Notes: a model not told the origin generated them from the letters alone. A stretch of DNA of 64,000 bases from Candidatus Spechtbacteria bacterium RIFCSPLOWO2_12_FULL_38_22 (GCA_001820055.1 MHOK01000005.1:7371-71370), one strand, 5' to 3'. Shown: positions 1-10,132, counted from the stretch's first letter. Translations and numbers: made by a program.

Positions 1-110
1 ATTTATCTACGTTCAGATAAATGATACCAAACAAACACCAGCCTGTAAACACCGCCCACCGTGGCTCTGTGGTATAAGAAAAATGAGTAATAAAATGTTA
101 TTATGTTTGT

Positions 111-1664
111 ATGGAAAATAATACAAAAAAAGTGGCCCTCATAATTTTGGACGGATGGGGCGTCACGGAACCCTCAAACGGAAATGCTATATACAAAGCA
201 AAAACACCAACCGTAAATATGATAGAAAAAACCTATTTTTCTACTACCTTGCAGGCTTCTGGAATCGCAGTTGGTCTTCCTTGGGGCAGAGAAGGAAACA
301 GCGAAGTCGGGCACATAAACTTAGGGGCAGGCCGTATAGTTTATCAATATTTACCCAGAATAGTATCTAGCATAAGAGATGGTTCATTTTTCAAAAATGA
401 AGCCCTGTTGCGTGCTATAAAATTTGTAAAACGAAATGACTCAACTCTACATCTAATGGGCCTTGTTTCAAGTGGCTCTGTGCACAGCTATATAGACCAT
501 CTGTACGGCTTACTTGAGTTAGCTAAAAAAAATGATGTTAAAAAAGTTGTGCTTCATGTATTTACAGACGGCAAAGACGGTGAACCAAACGAAGGGGCAG
601 AATTTATACAAAAACTACAAGATAGGTTAAAAAAAGAAAATCTAGGAAAAATCGGAACAATCATAGGAAGAGCATACGCAATGGATAGAAATAACAAATG
701 GGATTTTACTCAAAAAACATATGAGCTCCTAACGAATGGCATAGGAGAAAAAATTACAAACATCTACGAATACCTTAAAAACTCCTACGCTACCGACAAA
801 ACAGATATGACTATAGACCCAGCTGTCGTATATGAAAACGGATCTCCTATCGGGTTAATAAAATCGCAAGACGCTCTAATATTTTTTAATTTCCGAGAAG
901 ATAGCGCAAGACAACTAACTAGAGCTTTTGTACTTTCGGACGATGAATTTGATAAGTTTCCAAGAAAAAAAATTCAAAGCTTATACTTTGTGGGTATGAC
1001 ACAATACGAGATCGGCCTTCCTTTTGAAACTGCCTTTCTTCCTCCTATCATTAAAATGCCACTAGCTGAAGTGCTGTCCAAAAATAAAAAAAAACAGTTG
1101 CACATAGCAGAAACTGAAAAATACGCACATGTCACATATTTTTTTAATGGAGAAAATGAAAAACGTTACGAAGGAGAAGAAAGAATGCTTTGCTCGTCCA
1201 CGGGGACTCCTCATTATGATAAATTCCCGGAAATGCAAGCAGACAGTATCGCCCAAAAATTTTACGAAAATATAGATAAATATGACTTCTTTCTATTAAA
1301 CTTTGCAAATGCAGATATGCTAGCCCACAGCGGAAATATTAAGGCAACAATACGGGGTATAGAAATAATAGACGCAAATCTTTCTGGAATACTTCAGGTT
1401 GCCCAAGATAAAAATATAACTATAATTATTACGTCAGACCACGGAAATGCAGAAGAGATGTTAAATCTGAAGACAGGAGAGATAATAACTAGCCATTCCA
1501 AAAACCCCGTTCCTATATATATCGTAGGCGAAAAATATACCACCGACAGCATACCCCTTTATAAAAAAGTAGCTAGTGGCGTTTTAGCTGATGTCGCGCC
1601 AACAATTTTAAAAATTATGGGACTAAACATCCCACCAGAGATGACAGGAAAACCTTTAATCTAA
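111..1664 (+). CDS. gpmI: 2,3-bisphosphoglycerate-independent phosphoglycerate mutase
   Basis: 517 aa. N-terminal LIILDGWG and metalloenzyme-superfamily motifs (SDHGN, alkaline-phosphatase-like core) typical of iPGM. Confidence 0.88.
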   Translation: MENNTKKVALIILDGWGVTEPSNGNAIYKAKTPTVNMIEKTYFSTTLQASGIAVGLPWGREGNSEVGHINLGAGRIVYQYLPRIVSSIRDGSFFKNEALLRAIKFVKRNDSTLHLMGLVSSGSVHSYIDHLYGLLELAKKNDVKKVVLHVFTDGKDGEPNEGAEFIQKLQDRLKKENLGKIGTIIGRAYAMDRNNKWDFTQKTYELLTNGIGEKITNIYEYLKNSYATDKTDMTIDPAVVYENGSPIGLIKSQDALIFFNFREDSARQLTRAFVLSDDEFDKFPRKKIQSLYFVGMTQYEIGLPFETAFLPPIIKMPLAEVLSKNKKKQLHIAETEKYAHVTYFFNGENEKRYEGEERMLCSSTGTPHYDKFPEMQADSIAQKFYENIDKYDFFLLNFANADMLAHSGNIKATIRGIEIIDANLSGILQVAQDKNITIIITSDHGNAEEMLNLKTGEIITSHSKNPVPIYIVGEKYTTDSIPLYKKVASGVLADVAPTILKIMGLNIPPEMTGKPLI

Positions 1665-1671
1665 GAGGTTA

Positions 1672-1786
1672 AAAAAATAGTACAACTTATTCTATCGTAA
1701 GCCTGCCTGTCTACCTGCACGTTGTACGTAGGCAGGCGGGAACGAAGTGGCAGCGTGGAATAAGCTGTACTATTTTTTATTTTTTA
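1672..1786. repeat. Inverted-repeat hairpin element, family A copy 1, placed as a bidirectional terminator between convergent gpmI and clpP
   Basis: Outer arms AAAATAGTACAACTTATTC / GAATAAGCTGTACTATTTT. Inner CCTGCCTG...CAGGCAGG palindrome. Conserved core GGGAACGAAGTGGCAGCGTGGAATAA. Related copies at 15634, 15729 and 36080. Confidence 0.6.
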
Positions 1787-2364
1787 GATTTGATTATATT
1801 ATCTATTAAACCGTACTTTTTTGCTTCATCTGACATTAGATAAAAATCCCGATCTGTATCTTTTGTAACCGTCTCTAAACTCTGGCCAGTATGCTTAGCC
1901 AAAATTTCATTCAAACGTTTTTTTGTATTTATTATTTGTTTTGCAGAAATTTCTATATCAGATGCCTGCCCACTCAAACCGCTAATAATCACTTGATGAA
2001 GCATCATCTCTGAATTTGGCAGTGCACTGCGTTTACCTTTGGCACCGGCAGCCAAAATCACCGCTCCCCCGGAAGCTGCCATGCCAACACAAATTGTCGC
2101 TACATCGTTTTTAACATGTTGCATTGTGTCATAAATTGCAAGAGCAGCACTCACACCACCTCCGGGACTGTTTACATATAATTGTATATCTTTTTTAGAA
2201 TCCACGCTCTCCAAAAAAAGAAGCTGGGCAATAATGGTATTTGCGGTATCATCTGATATTAGACCACCCAAAAAAACAATGTGGTCTTTAAGTAAACGAG
2301 AATATATATCGTAAGCTCTTTCACCATATTGACTTTTTTCTATAACAGTTGGAATTAAGTTCAT
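1777..2364 (-). CDS. clpP: ATP-dependent Clp protease proteolytic subunit
   Basis: 195 aa. Matches ClpP throughout (GGxVxAG, catalytic Ser in GMAASGG context). Lies downstream of tig as in conserved tig-clpP synteny. Confidence 0.9.
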   Translation of the reverse strand: MNLIPTVIEKSQYGERAYDIYSRLLKDHIVFLGGLISDDTANTIIAQLLFLESVDSKKDIQLYVNSPGGGVSAALAIYDTMQHVKNDVATICVGMAASGGAVILAAGAKGKRSALPNSEMMLHQVIISGLSGQASDIEISAKQIINTKKRLNEILAKHTGQSLETVTKDTDRDFYLMSDEAKKYGLIDNIIKSKK

Positions 2365-2519
2365 ATTCCTTCGCTCATTAGTAAATTTAAAAAATTTACT
2401 AATTCGCTTCAGTTAAATTAAACATTTAAAATGAAAAGTGAAAATTTTAGTAATTACTTTCGTAATTTTTAATTTTAAATTGCCCGCTTCGCCAAAGCTT
2501 TAGCGAGGCGAGTCGTTTT

Positions 2520-3545
2520 TTATTTTACATTAACGGCCTCTAGCAATTCAAATACTTTCTCATTTCTTATTATACCACGAATATGAACTCGTAACGCATC
2601 TGGATCAATTTGTTTTTCAGCTTCTTTAGAACTACCAAACTGTATTAAATACCTGTTTGCCTCATCTTCCACCTCTTTCTCGTCAGGAACAAAACCTTCT
2701 TTATCTGCTATTAGGCGTAGCAACAAAGAATTAACAGTTCTCTGATTTGCTTTGTCTCTCCACCCGTCTCTAACCTCTTTTAAGTTCTGCTTCGCGTTTT
2801 CTAAATATTTATCCAGCGTCATGTCCATTGACGCAATCTGCTGGCTTAGTTCGTCCTGCATTTTATCTAGCTCTTGCTCTATTAAACTATCTGGCAATTT
2901 AACTTTTATTTTATTTCCTACAGCCTCCAATATTAATAATCTAAGTTTTTGTCTCTCTTGATATTTTTTTTCCTCCATCATGCCCTCCCTCAAGCTTTGT
3001 TTAAGTCCCTCAAGTGTTTTAAATTCTCCTATCTCTTGAGCAAACTTGTCATCTAGCTCTGGTTTTTTGTCCTTATCTTTAACTCTTGAGTTCCTCAACC
3101 ACTCAAGCGCGCTATCTACTTCCTTATCCTCTACCTCCATTTTCACCTTATGTTTGGTCAGTATGTTTTTGGCTATTGCCTTATAATCCGGTAAATCAAT
3201 TTTTGGTAGCAGAGGAACAACAATTCGAAACTCAAAATCGTTTCCGTAAGCTATTTTTAAAATTTTTATATCTGGCCTTCCGATTGGTTCTATGTTGTTT
3301 TTTTCTATTACATAAACATAGTTATCTTGTATGGCTTCCTCTGCGGCCTCCTGAAAAATTACTTCCCTTCCCAAATGATTTTCTACAACATTGCGGGGGA
3401 TATGTCCTTGGCGGAATCCTTTTATTTTTATATCTTTAGATAACCTGTCTACTACCCTGCTAACAAAGCGCTCCATATCGCTTGGAGTAAGCACAATATC
3501 TATTTGTTTTTGTGAATTTTCTAAATCCTTAATTTCAATTTTCAT
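2520..3545 (-). CDS. tig: Trigger factor (short form)
   Basis: 341 aa. N-terminal ribosome-binding signature region IKGFRQGHIPRNVVE (cf. GFRxGxxP). PPIase-like middle. Shorter than canonical ~430 aa. Synteny with clpP. Confidence 0.72.
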   Translation of the reverse strand: MKIEIKDLENSQKQIDIVLTPSDMERFVSRVVDRLSKDIKIKGFRQGHIPRNVVENHLGREVIFQEAAEEAIQDNYVYVIEKNNIEPIGRPDIKILKIAYGNDFEFRIVVPLLPKIDLPDYKAIAKNILTKHKVKMEVEDKEVDSALEWLRNSRVKDKDKKPELDDKFAQEIGEFKTLEGLKQSLREGMMEEKKYQERQKLRLLILEAVGNKIKVKLPDSLIEQELDKMQDELSQQIASMDMTLDKYLENAKQNLKEVRDGWRDKANQRTVNSLLLRLIADKEGFVPDEKEVEDEANRYLIQFGSSKEAEKQIDPDALRVHIRGIIRNEKVFELLEAVNVK

Positions 3546-5452
3546 ATAAGAAATATAACCAAGAATACAGAAAACACAGCTATAGATAGTATGCTAACCA
3601 TCAAAGTTCCCACGTAAGAATAACTATCTCCAATACCGACCATGTTGTCTGAGTCTAAAATTCTATTTATTATTTTTGCAAATTTATCTGGTGATTTATT
3701 TTTTAGAGCATTAACCACCTTGTCTTCGCTGTCAAAGATTATATGCATAGCTAAAAATGTTCCAAGAATAATACTACCCACGACAAGTCCGCCCAAAGCT
3801 TCGGCTCCAAACAACAAGCTGACAACTAGGGGAACCAAAATGATAATGGACAACAACAAAATACTTTCTCTAAATACAGAGGACGCAATCATGCCGACAA
3901 AAGCGTTGTGATCTGGGTTTATGGTTCTTCCGGCCTTGCCCCTTAATTCCTTTAGCTGTTTTGACAAATAACCCACCAGCCTTAAGCGTATCTTTTGAGG
4001 AAAATGATACGTAAAGTACAGAATCCAGTAAATAAGCGAGCCTCCTAAAAACAAGCTTGCTAGTACGGTTGGGTTGTCTAAGGCAAAATCAAGATGCGTT
4101 GCCTTGCTTGTTATTTCCTGTTTATACAGAAAAAACATAATTATGCTAGCTAATACTGACGCAAACCAAGTATATACGTTAACTCCAACTCTAAAAATTC
4201 TGCTTATAAAATGAAGTTTATCTATGGTATTTATACTCTCTTGCGGAAGTTCTGTTATTTTAGAAAAACTACGAGCGTTGTCTGTAACAGACGAAAATAC
4301 TAGTAGAGAAACGATAGAACTACCCACAGATACAAAGGCCACAACGAATAACGACACCGCATAAATACCCGCCAAAACGTAACTAAACCCTATAAATATT
4401 GGAATAGTGAGCGTAATTGTTGCTATAGACTTTATAACCCCCAAGTTTTTCCATCGCGCAATGTAATAAAAACACGATATAAATCCAGCAGCCCAAAAAC
4501 CAAAAATGGAAGAAAGCCATACAGACACATCAGAATACTGCGGGCTTGCGCTTAAAACCCATGCAAGAAGCGGAAATAAAATTACAGATGCAACTAGCAC
4601 TGTTGCAAATACAGATAAAAATATGTTTTTTAGGATATTAGTAGTAGTTCCAGCTCTTACCAACTTGACTCCGATGAAAGATGAAAATAGCCCCACCGCT
4701 GCTATTAAAGAAGGTAAAATCGTGTCCCCCAATACAGAAGACCCAATGATGATAGCTCCTGTTATGCTTATGGTGAATATCCCAAATATGATTGTCGGTA
4801 GTCCAATGCCGTCCTCTATATCATACCCAACCAAAGATGCCACAATTTGTGGATCTCTAGATTCTTTTTCTGTCTTCTTTCTTCCGGAATCTATAAAAAA
4901 CTTCTTATCTGTCAACACCGTCTGCGTATAGCTTGCAATACCTATTCTGGAAAAAGCCATAACAAGTGTAGCGCCCAATGTCATAGCTACTAAATCTTCT
5001 GCACTGGGGTCTAGTGTTATTCTGTATAGAGAAATTATAAAAAGCGAAAGTCCCAATATAAAAACGCTAAAGATATTTCCGCCTTCCAAAATAGACCTAA
5101 AGGACTCGATTAATCCTTTATACGAATTATCTGCAATTTTAGAGTTAAGTTTGTTCAAAAACAAAAGAGATATATATGCCACCAATCCCGCGCCAACAAC
5201 TCCTATGATAAACCCCAGCGCCGTACTAAAATCTAAAAACGGTACGCTTAAAATAACTATCAATATAATCAAAGCAAATACACCTATGATTCTGTATAGT
5301 CTGAATAAATACACAAAAGATATTTTTTGAACCTTACTCGCCAGAGCAGCTATTTCAATATTTCCCAACTTTCCAAAAAAATGCTTCTGACTGGTATAAA
5401 TAGAGTATATAAGCGCAAGAAAGGATATTGTAAGAGGCACAAGAAAAAACAT
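3542..5452 (-). CDS. Polytopic integral membrane protein, possibly a degenerate H+-pyrophosphatase-like protein
   Basis: 636 aa with more than 12 predicted TM helices. Segment RDPQIVASLVGYDIEDGIGLPTIIFG loosely resembles the H+-PPase [29 protein letters not shown] motif but lacks the Asp-rich catalytic residues. Confidence 0.3.
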   Translation of the reverse strand: MFFLVPLTISFLALIYSIYTSQKHFFGKLGNIEIAALASKVQKISFVYLFRLYRIIGVFALIILIVILSVPFLDFSTALGFIIGVVGAGLVAYISLLFLNKLNSKIADNSYKGLIESFRSILEGGNIFSVFILGLSLFIISLYRITLDPSAEDLVAMTLGATLVMAFSRIGIASYTQTVLTDKKFFIDSGRKKTEKESRDPQIVASLVGYDIEDGIGLPTIIFGIFTISITGAIIIGSSVLGDTILPSLIAAVGLFSSFIGVKLVRAGTTTNILKNIFLSVFATVLVASVILFPLLAWVLSASPQYSDVSVWLSSIFGFWAAGFISCFYYIARWKNLGVIKSIATITLTIPIFIGFSYVLAGIYAVSLFVVAFVSVGSSIVSLLVFSSVTDNARSFSKITELPQESINTIDKLHFISRIFRVGVNVYTWFASVLASIIMFFLYKQEITSKATHLDFALDNPTVLASLFLGGSLIYWILYFTYHFPQKIRLRLVGYLSKQLKELRGKAGRTINPDHNAFVGMIASSVFRESILLLSIIILVPLVVSLLFGAEALGGLVVGSIILGTFLAMHIIFDSEDKVVNALKNKSPDKFAKIINRILDSDNMVGIGDSYSYVGTLMVSILSIAVFSVFLVIFLI

Positions 5453-5457
5453 AAAAG

Positions 5458-6870
5458 TTAACTTTTGAGTTTTTTAACACTTCCTTTTTTCTTTTTGATT
5501 TTAGTTCCTGTTTTGCTTTTTTTATTTTCTCCCACTAAATCTTCGTCAGTCTTTTCTACTGAAGCTTCGGCTTCTGCCTCAGCACCTAAATTTTTTGGGC
5601 TTTCAGCGGTTTCTGTTTTTTTAAAATTTTCGCTTACGACAGTTTCCCCTTCTTCTTCCACTCTCTGTTCTGCTTCTTCTGATGTTTCTTCAACCTCTCC
5701 TGTTTCTTTACTTACAATATCTATCTTCCAACCCGTAAGTTTAGCGGCTAGCCGAACATTCTGGCCCTCTTTGCCTATGGCAAGTGAAAGCTGGTCTTCA
5801 GCAACCGTAACCTCTGCTCTGTTTCTCCCTATTTTAGCGCTTAAAACTTTGGCCGGACTTAAAGAATTTGCGATAAATTCCTCTGAATCCTGTTTCCACT
5901 CAATAATATCTATTTTTTCTCCTCCTAATTCATGTATAACTGCCGTAACACGCGTACCGCGCTGCCCAACACAAGAACCAATCGGATCCACCCCGTCTTC
6001 GTTGCTCATAACTGCAATTTTGCTCCTGCTTCCTGCTTCTCTTGCCACCGCTTTTATCTCTACTGTCCCTGTTCCAATTTCTGGAACCTCTAATTCAAAT
6101 AAACGAGATAAAATTTTAGGGTGAGATCTAGATACAAAAATCTGAGGACCCCTTTGACCCTGTTCAAGCTCTGCCAAGTAAAGACGCATTCTTTGTCCAA
6201 TTCTGTATCTCTCACGAGGCATTCTGTCTTTTGCAAGCATGATGCCGGTTGTTTTACCTAGATCAAAAAATATAGTATTGCCCTCAATACGTTGCACTAC
6301 ACCACTGACAATACTATCTATTTTCTCTTCATACTCCTCAAATACCGCCTCCCTTTCTGCTTCACGAATTCTCTGTATTATTACCTGCTTGGCAGTTTGC
6401 GCGGCGATGCGTCCAAAATCTTCCCGGACATCAAGGTCAAAACGCAAAACATCCTCTGGCTGTGCCTTGGAATTAATTTTTTTTGCCTCATCAACCATTA
6501 TGTGTTTTTCTTCATTGAAACGCACCTTCTTTTGCATATCCTCATCGTCTTCCTCATTAATCTCCGGCAATTCTCCAGCCTCTCTTAAACGAGCTTCTTC
6601 TTCCAATTCTTCTTCGCTTTTTATCATATCTTCGTTCACCACTATTTTTTCTTGCCAAATATCAAATTTACCGGTTGCTGAATCCAGTTTTGCCTTAATT
6701 ATTTGGCCTCTTTGGCCATAGTCTTTTTTATAAGCGGCGGCGATTGCAAGCTCAACCGTTTCTAAGATTTTTTCACGGCTTATGCCTTTTTCCTCTTCAA
6801 TTTGACTTACCGCAGATATAAAATTTTTTAAATCAATCATATATGTTTTTACTAAAAAAGCTCGTTCCAT
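5458..6870 (-). CDS. nusA: Transcription termination/antitermination factor NusA
   Basis: 470 aa. NusA N-terminal domain, S1 domain and two KH domains (IGKEGQNVRLAAKLTGWKIDI). Lys-rich acidic/basic C-terminal tail. Confidence 0.9.
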   Translation of the reverse strand: MERAFLVKTYMIDLKNFISAVSQIEEEKGISREKILETVELAIAAAYKKDYGQRGQIIKAKLDSATGKFDIWQEKIVVNEDMIKSEEELEEEARLREAGELPEINEEDDEDMQKKVRFNEEKHIMVDEAKKINSKAQPEDVLRFDLDVREDFGRIAAQTAKQVIIQRIREAEREAVFEEYEEKIDSIVSGVVQRIEGNTIFFDLGKTTGIMLAKDRMPRERYRIGQRMRLYLAELEQGQRGPQIFVSRSHPKILSRLFELEVPEIGTGTVEIKAVAREAGSRSKIAVMSNEDGVDPIGSCVGQRGTRVTAVIHELGGEKIDIIEWKQDSEEFIANSLSPAKVLSAKIGRNRAEVTVAEDQLSLAIGKEGQNVRLAAKLTGWKIDIVSKETGEVEETSEEAEQRVEEEGETVVSENFKKTETAESPKNLGAEAEAEASVEKTDEDLVGENKKSKTGTKIKKKKGSVKKLKS

Positions 6871-6939
6871 GAACGAACTTCAGTTTATGTGTACAGTATA
6901 GCATAAATGAAATAAAATTACAATAGCAACTAAACGACT

Positions 6940-7120
6940 ATATAACAATATAACCAGATACAATATAACTATACAACAACATAACTACATAACCGCACAA
7001 TCAAACTACCACACAAGGGGTTTGGTAATCTGGTAATTTAGTAATCTGATGATTTAGTTATTTGGTTATTATAGTAATTTAGTTATCCTGCGATATAGTA
7101 ATCCGGCAATTTAGTAATGT
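6940..7120 (-). repeat. Upstream repeat module (family U), reverse orientation, 5' of nusA
   Basis: Contains GGTAATCTGGTAATTTAGTAATCTG, the reverse complement of CAGATTACTAAATTACCAGATT. Also TATAAC/GGTTAT-rich direct repeats homologous to 37601-37815 and 43635-43695. Confidence 0.5.
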
Positions 7121-7122
7121 GG

Positions 7123-7503
7123 TTATCTGACAGCATTTCTATAATATCTTAATCTTGCAACTTTGTTGGCGTTATTTATCTCCAGCGCCGCAAGGTCTAT
7201 TCTATAATCTGTGTCCTCTGGATAGTTGTTTTTTATTAAATATACCTGTGCGGTTTTTATAACTCTTTGAGCCTTTTTGTAATCAAAATGCTCTTCGGGT
7301 TTAAAATATTCTATGTACTTTGCGTCTAGCGCTTTTACTTCAACAAATACTACTGTGCGTTTATCTTTTGCAATAATATCTATCTCTCCAGTTTTGTATG
7401 AAAAATTTCTGTCAATAATTTTAAACTCTAAATCTTTTTTAAGATATTTAACTACCAAATCCTCTCCCAAGTTTCCAGTTTTTATATTATTGTGTTTAAC
7501 CAT
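7123..7503 (-). CDS. yraN: YraN/UPF0102 family endonuclease
   Basis: GEDLVVKYLKK...GEIDIIAKDKRTVVFVEVKA matches the UPF0102 (YraN) signature. Likely true start is the internal Met (MVKHNN). The ORF track extends to 7563. Confidence 0.6.
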   Translation of the reverse strand: MVKHNNIKTGNLGEDLVVKYLKKDLEFKIIDRNFSYKTGEIDIIAKDKRTVVFVEVKALDAKYIEYFKPEEHFDYKKAQRVIKTAQVYLIKNNYPEDTDYRIDLAALEINNANKVARLRYYRNAVR

Positions 7504-7526
7504 TTCTTGTGTAGTATAATAACAAT

Positions 7527-8225
7527 ATGTTTCCTTTGTCCAGCGAAAATGAACAAACTGCAAAAAGTATCGTAGAAAAGTTAAAAATAGAACGCCGAGA
7601 AAGAAGCAATAAACTTCCAGTACTTAGCTTTAGGCGCCTATATAGTATACTAAACGGGGACGAAAAACTCTTTGTAAAAAATCTACTTAACCAAAATCCT
7701 AAGACATATGGTTTCAATGGACCATTTTTAGGCATAGAAAAGGTCCCACTTTTTCTCAAAAAAATACGGGGACAAAAATATACGCGTGAGAGAGAAGAAG
7801 AGGAAATCGCGCAACAATACTTACCGTTCCAGGTATGGCTGGCATACAAAAAACTAAGCAAAGCAATGAAAAATGAAATTGGCAAAGAGATACTAATCGA
7901 ATCTGGTTATCGATCTCCTGCGTATCAAGTGCTTACGTTTCTATATTCTTTAGTTGAAAAACATAAGTTGGACTACGAAAAAACATTGAATCTTGTTGCG
8001 CTTCCCGGTTACAGCCAACACGGACACCCTCCGCTTCAAGCAATAGACTTTACAACCAAGGACGGCGCGCTTAGAGGTGAAAAAATGGGATTTGAAAATA
8101 CAAGTGAGTACGACTGGCTATCAAAAAGTGCAAATAAATACCACTTCCACCTTTCTTACCCTAAAAATAATGCACTGGGTATTAGATTTGAACCCTGGCA
8201 CTGGCACTATCAAAAACAAAATTAA
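7527..8225 (+). CDS. D-alanyl-D-alanine carboxypeptidase, peptidase M15B/VanY-like
   Basis: SGYRS...SQHGHPPLQAIDF (SxHxxGxAxD) and EPWHWHY (EPWHW), characteristic of VanY/M15 zinc peptidases. Confidence 0.7.
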   Translation: MFPLSSENEQTAKSIVEKLKIERRERSNKLPVLSFRRLYSILNGDEKLFVKNLLNQNPKTYGFNGPFLGIEKVPLFLKKIRGQKYTREREEEEIAQQYLPFQVWLAYKKLSKAMKNEIGKEILIESGYRSPAYQVLTFLYSLVEKHKLDYEKTLNLVALPGYSQHGHPPLQAIDFTTKDGALRGEKMGFENTSEYDWLSKSANKYHFHLSYPKNNALGIRFEPWHWHYQKQN

Positions 8226-8240
8226 AAACTACAAAAAAAA

Positions 8241-8732
8241 ATGGCGGACCCAAGAATAAAATTTGACTTATTTAGCACATATATAGCAACTATAAAAAAC
8301 TCCGTCGGAACGAAAATGTTCCGAAATATTTATGTTATAGAAAACAAGAGACGCAGAGATGTCGCAAAAAACGGTAGAGTTTCGTGCGCCGCTTTTGTTT
8401 CCTCTGTTTTAGTAATATCCGACAACTTAATAAAATCATCTCACACAACCGTAAAAGGATTACTGGAAGATATGCGGGAAAGTGGCTGGCATAAAATAGA
8501 CAAACCCAAAAAGGGTGCCGTGCTTGTATGGACACCCTTAAAACAAATGGAAGACTTGTCTAAAGATATTATAAGTTTTCCCTGGGAAAATGAGGACAGG
8601 TGGCATCCTGGATTTTATGTTGGCAAAAATACGGCAATAAGCAATAATTCAGATAGCGGGACACCCACAAAACACCCGTGGACTTACAGAAAAGTGGACA
8701 GCATTTGGTGGAACGATAGACTAAATAACTAG
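8241..8732 (+). CDS. Hypothetical protein with a possible Cys/His hydrolase fold
   Basis: 163 aa. Conserved-looking Cys (RVSCAAFVSSVL) and His (WHPGFYVG) spaced as in NlpC/P60 or CHAP folds. Weak evidence. Confidence 0.3.
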   Translation: MADPRIKFDLFSTYIATIKNSVGTKMFRNIYVIENKRRRDVAKNGRVSCAAFVSSVLVISDNLIKSSHTTVKGLLEDMRESGWHKIDKPKKGAVLVWTPLKQMEDLSKDIISFPWENEDRWHPGFYVGKNTAISNNSDSGTPTKHPWTYRKVDSIWWNDRLNN

Positions 8733-8757
8733 AACTACTAGCCATTAACCACCCTTT

Positions 8758-8803
8758 AAATAAACGTTTCAATCCGCCAGCTGGCGGATTGAAACGTTTA
8801 TTT
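8758..8803. terminator. 46-bp perfect palindromic hairpin (family H copy 1)
   Basis: AAATAAACGTTTCAATCCGCCAG|CTGGCGGATTGAAACGTTTATTT. Same arms as the hairpin at 50407-50456. Confidence 0.6.
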
Positions 8804-8842
8804 GTTGATAAATCAAACAATTTGTGGCATTATAAGTTAACA

Positions 8843-10132
8843 ATGACCTCTCAATCAAAAAATAAAAAACTTATATATGACCCTCTCTGGGGCTTAGTAG
8901 ACGTCACTCAATTTATCCCCATGATAGATATCCCCCAATTCCAAGCGCTAGGCTTTAAGTACCAACTTGGCGTAACTCACTTGCTTTTTCCAGCGGCAAC
9001 TCACACAAGAAAGGAACATTCCTTCGGCGCTCTAAAAAGAACTCAAATTTTAACTGAAAAATGGGTTAAACGCGGATTTATAAAAGAAAAAGAAGCAAAA
9101 CTAATGCAGGCATACGCGCTTTGGCACGACCTAGGACATGGACCGTTTTCTCATGTTGTAGAATCTGTAACCAAGGAACTTTGGAATCACGATCACGACC
9201 AAAACGGCGCAAAAATTATAGATAATCTAAAAAAACCCGTTACTGAAGTAGGGCTTGATATAAAAGAACTAAAAAAGTTTTTTACTAAAGAAAATCCCCT
9301 GTACCTGGGAGTACATGATAAAAATTTGGGCACAGAAAAATTAGACTATCTAAGCCGCGATGCTTATTACACTATTGGAGAAATTCCGGGAGTAGAATAT
9401 GTCACGGAACATACATATTTTATAGATAAAAAAATAATGATAGATGAAAAAGCAATAGATAACGCGAAAGCGTTACAGGATTTCTATGTAAAAATGTTTA
9501 AAACTGTATATTTGCGTAAAAACTCTTCTATCGCGCAACGCATGATGCAAAAAATGATGTTTGATTTAATTAACCTAGAAAAAATAAAGGAAAGTGAAAT
9601 GTGGGCAATGAGAGATTTTGAAATTTTGAGCCGTCTAATAAATTCCAAAGATAAAAACCTGCGGGAAAGTGTAAATAAATTTTTAGATCGCGATTTACCT
9701 CGTACGGCAATAGCTCTAAAAATAAACAGGTTCACAAAAATTGATGAAGTTCAATATAAATCGCAAACTATTATTGGGGTATCTGAAAACCAAATGAAGT
9801 CACTTGGCGCATCCCCCATCCTTGAAAGTCCCTCACAGCTAAAGAAGTTGGAGCAGGAGATCGCAAAAATGGCAAAACTGCCCGACAACTCCATACTTGT
9901 TGTTCCGCCAACATCTCAAGATCGTTTTGTACCAAAAGATATTGATATATACGTATCTGGAAACTCTTGCGCAAAACTAAGCGACTATTTCAAAGACCAC
10001 TACCGCTCAATCGAAGAGGAAGGAAAAAGTTACGCTGTGGTCCGCGTGTGCACATTCAAAGAATACCGAGACAAGTTAAGTGATAAAATTATCGCAGAAG
10101 AAATAAAAGATTATCTGTTTTCTTTGCTTTAA
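8843..10132 (+). CDS. HD-domain deoxynucleoside triphosphate triphosphohydrolase-like protein
   Basis: HD motifs RKEHSFGA ... HDLGHGPFSH, typical of the dGTPase/SAMHD1 family. The ORF track starts at 8789 (alternative start). Confidence 0.72.
   Translation: MTSQSKNKKLIYDPLWGLVDVTQFIPMIDIPQFQALGFKYQLGVTHLLFPAATHTRKEHSFGALKRTQILTEKWVKRGFIKEKEAKLMQAYALWHDLGHGPFSHVVESVTKELWNHDHDQNGAKIIDNLKKPVTEVGLDIKELKKFFTKENPLYLGVHDKNLGTEKLDYLSRDAYYTIGEIPGVEYVTEHTYFIDKKIMIDEKAIDNAKALQDFYVKMFKTVYLRKNSSIAQRMMQKMMFDLINLEKIKESEMWAMRDFEILSRLINSKDKNLRESVNKFLDRDLPRTAIALKINRFTKIDEVQYKSQTIIGVSENQMKSLGASPILESPSQLKKLEQEIAKMAKLPDNSILVVPPTSQDRFVPKDIDIYVSGNSCAKLSDYFKDHYRSIEEEGKSYAVVRVCTFKEYRDKLSDKIIAEEIKDYLFSLL

Noticed and set aside
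155-370. 71-aa ORF inside gpmI in another frame
   Set aside because: Nested in a confidently assigned gene.
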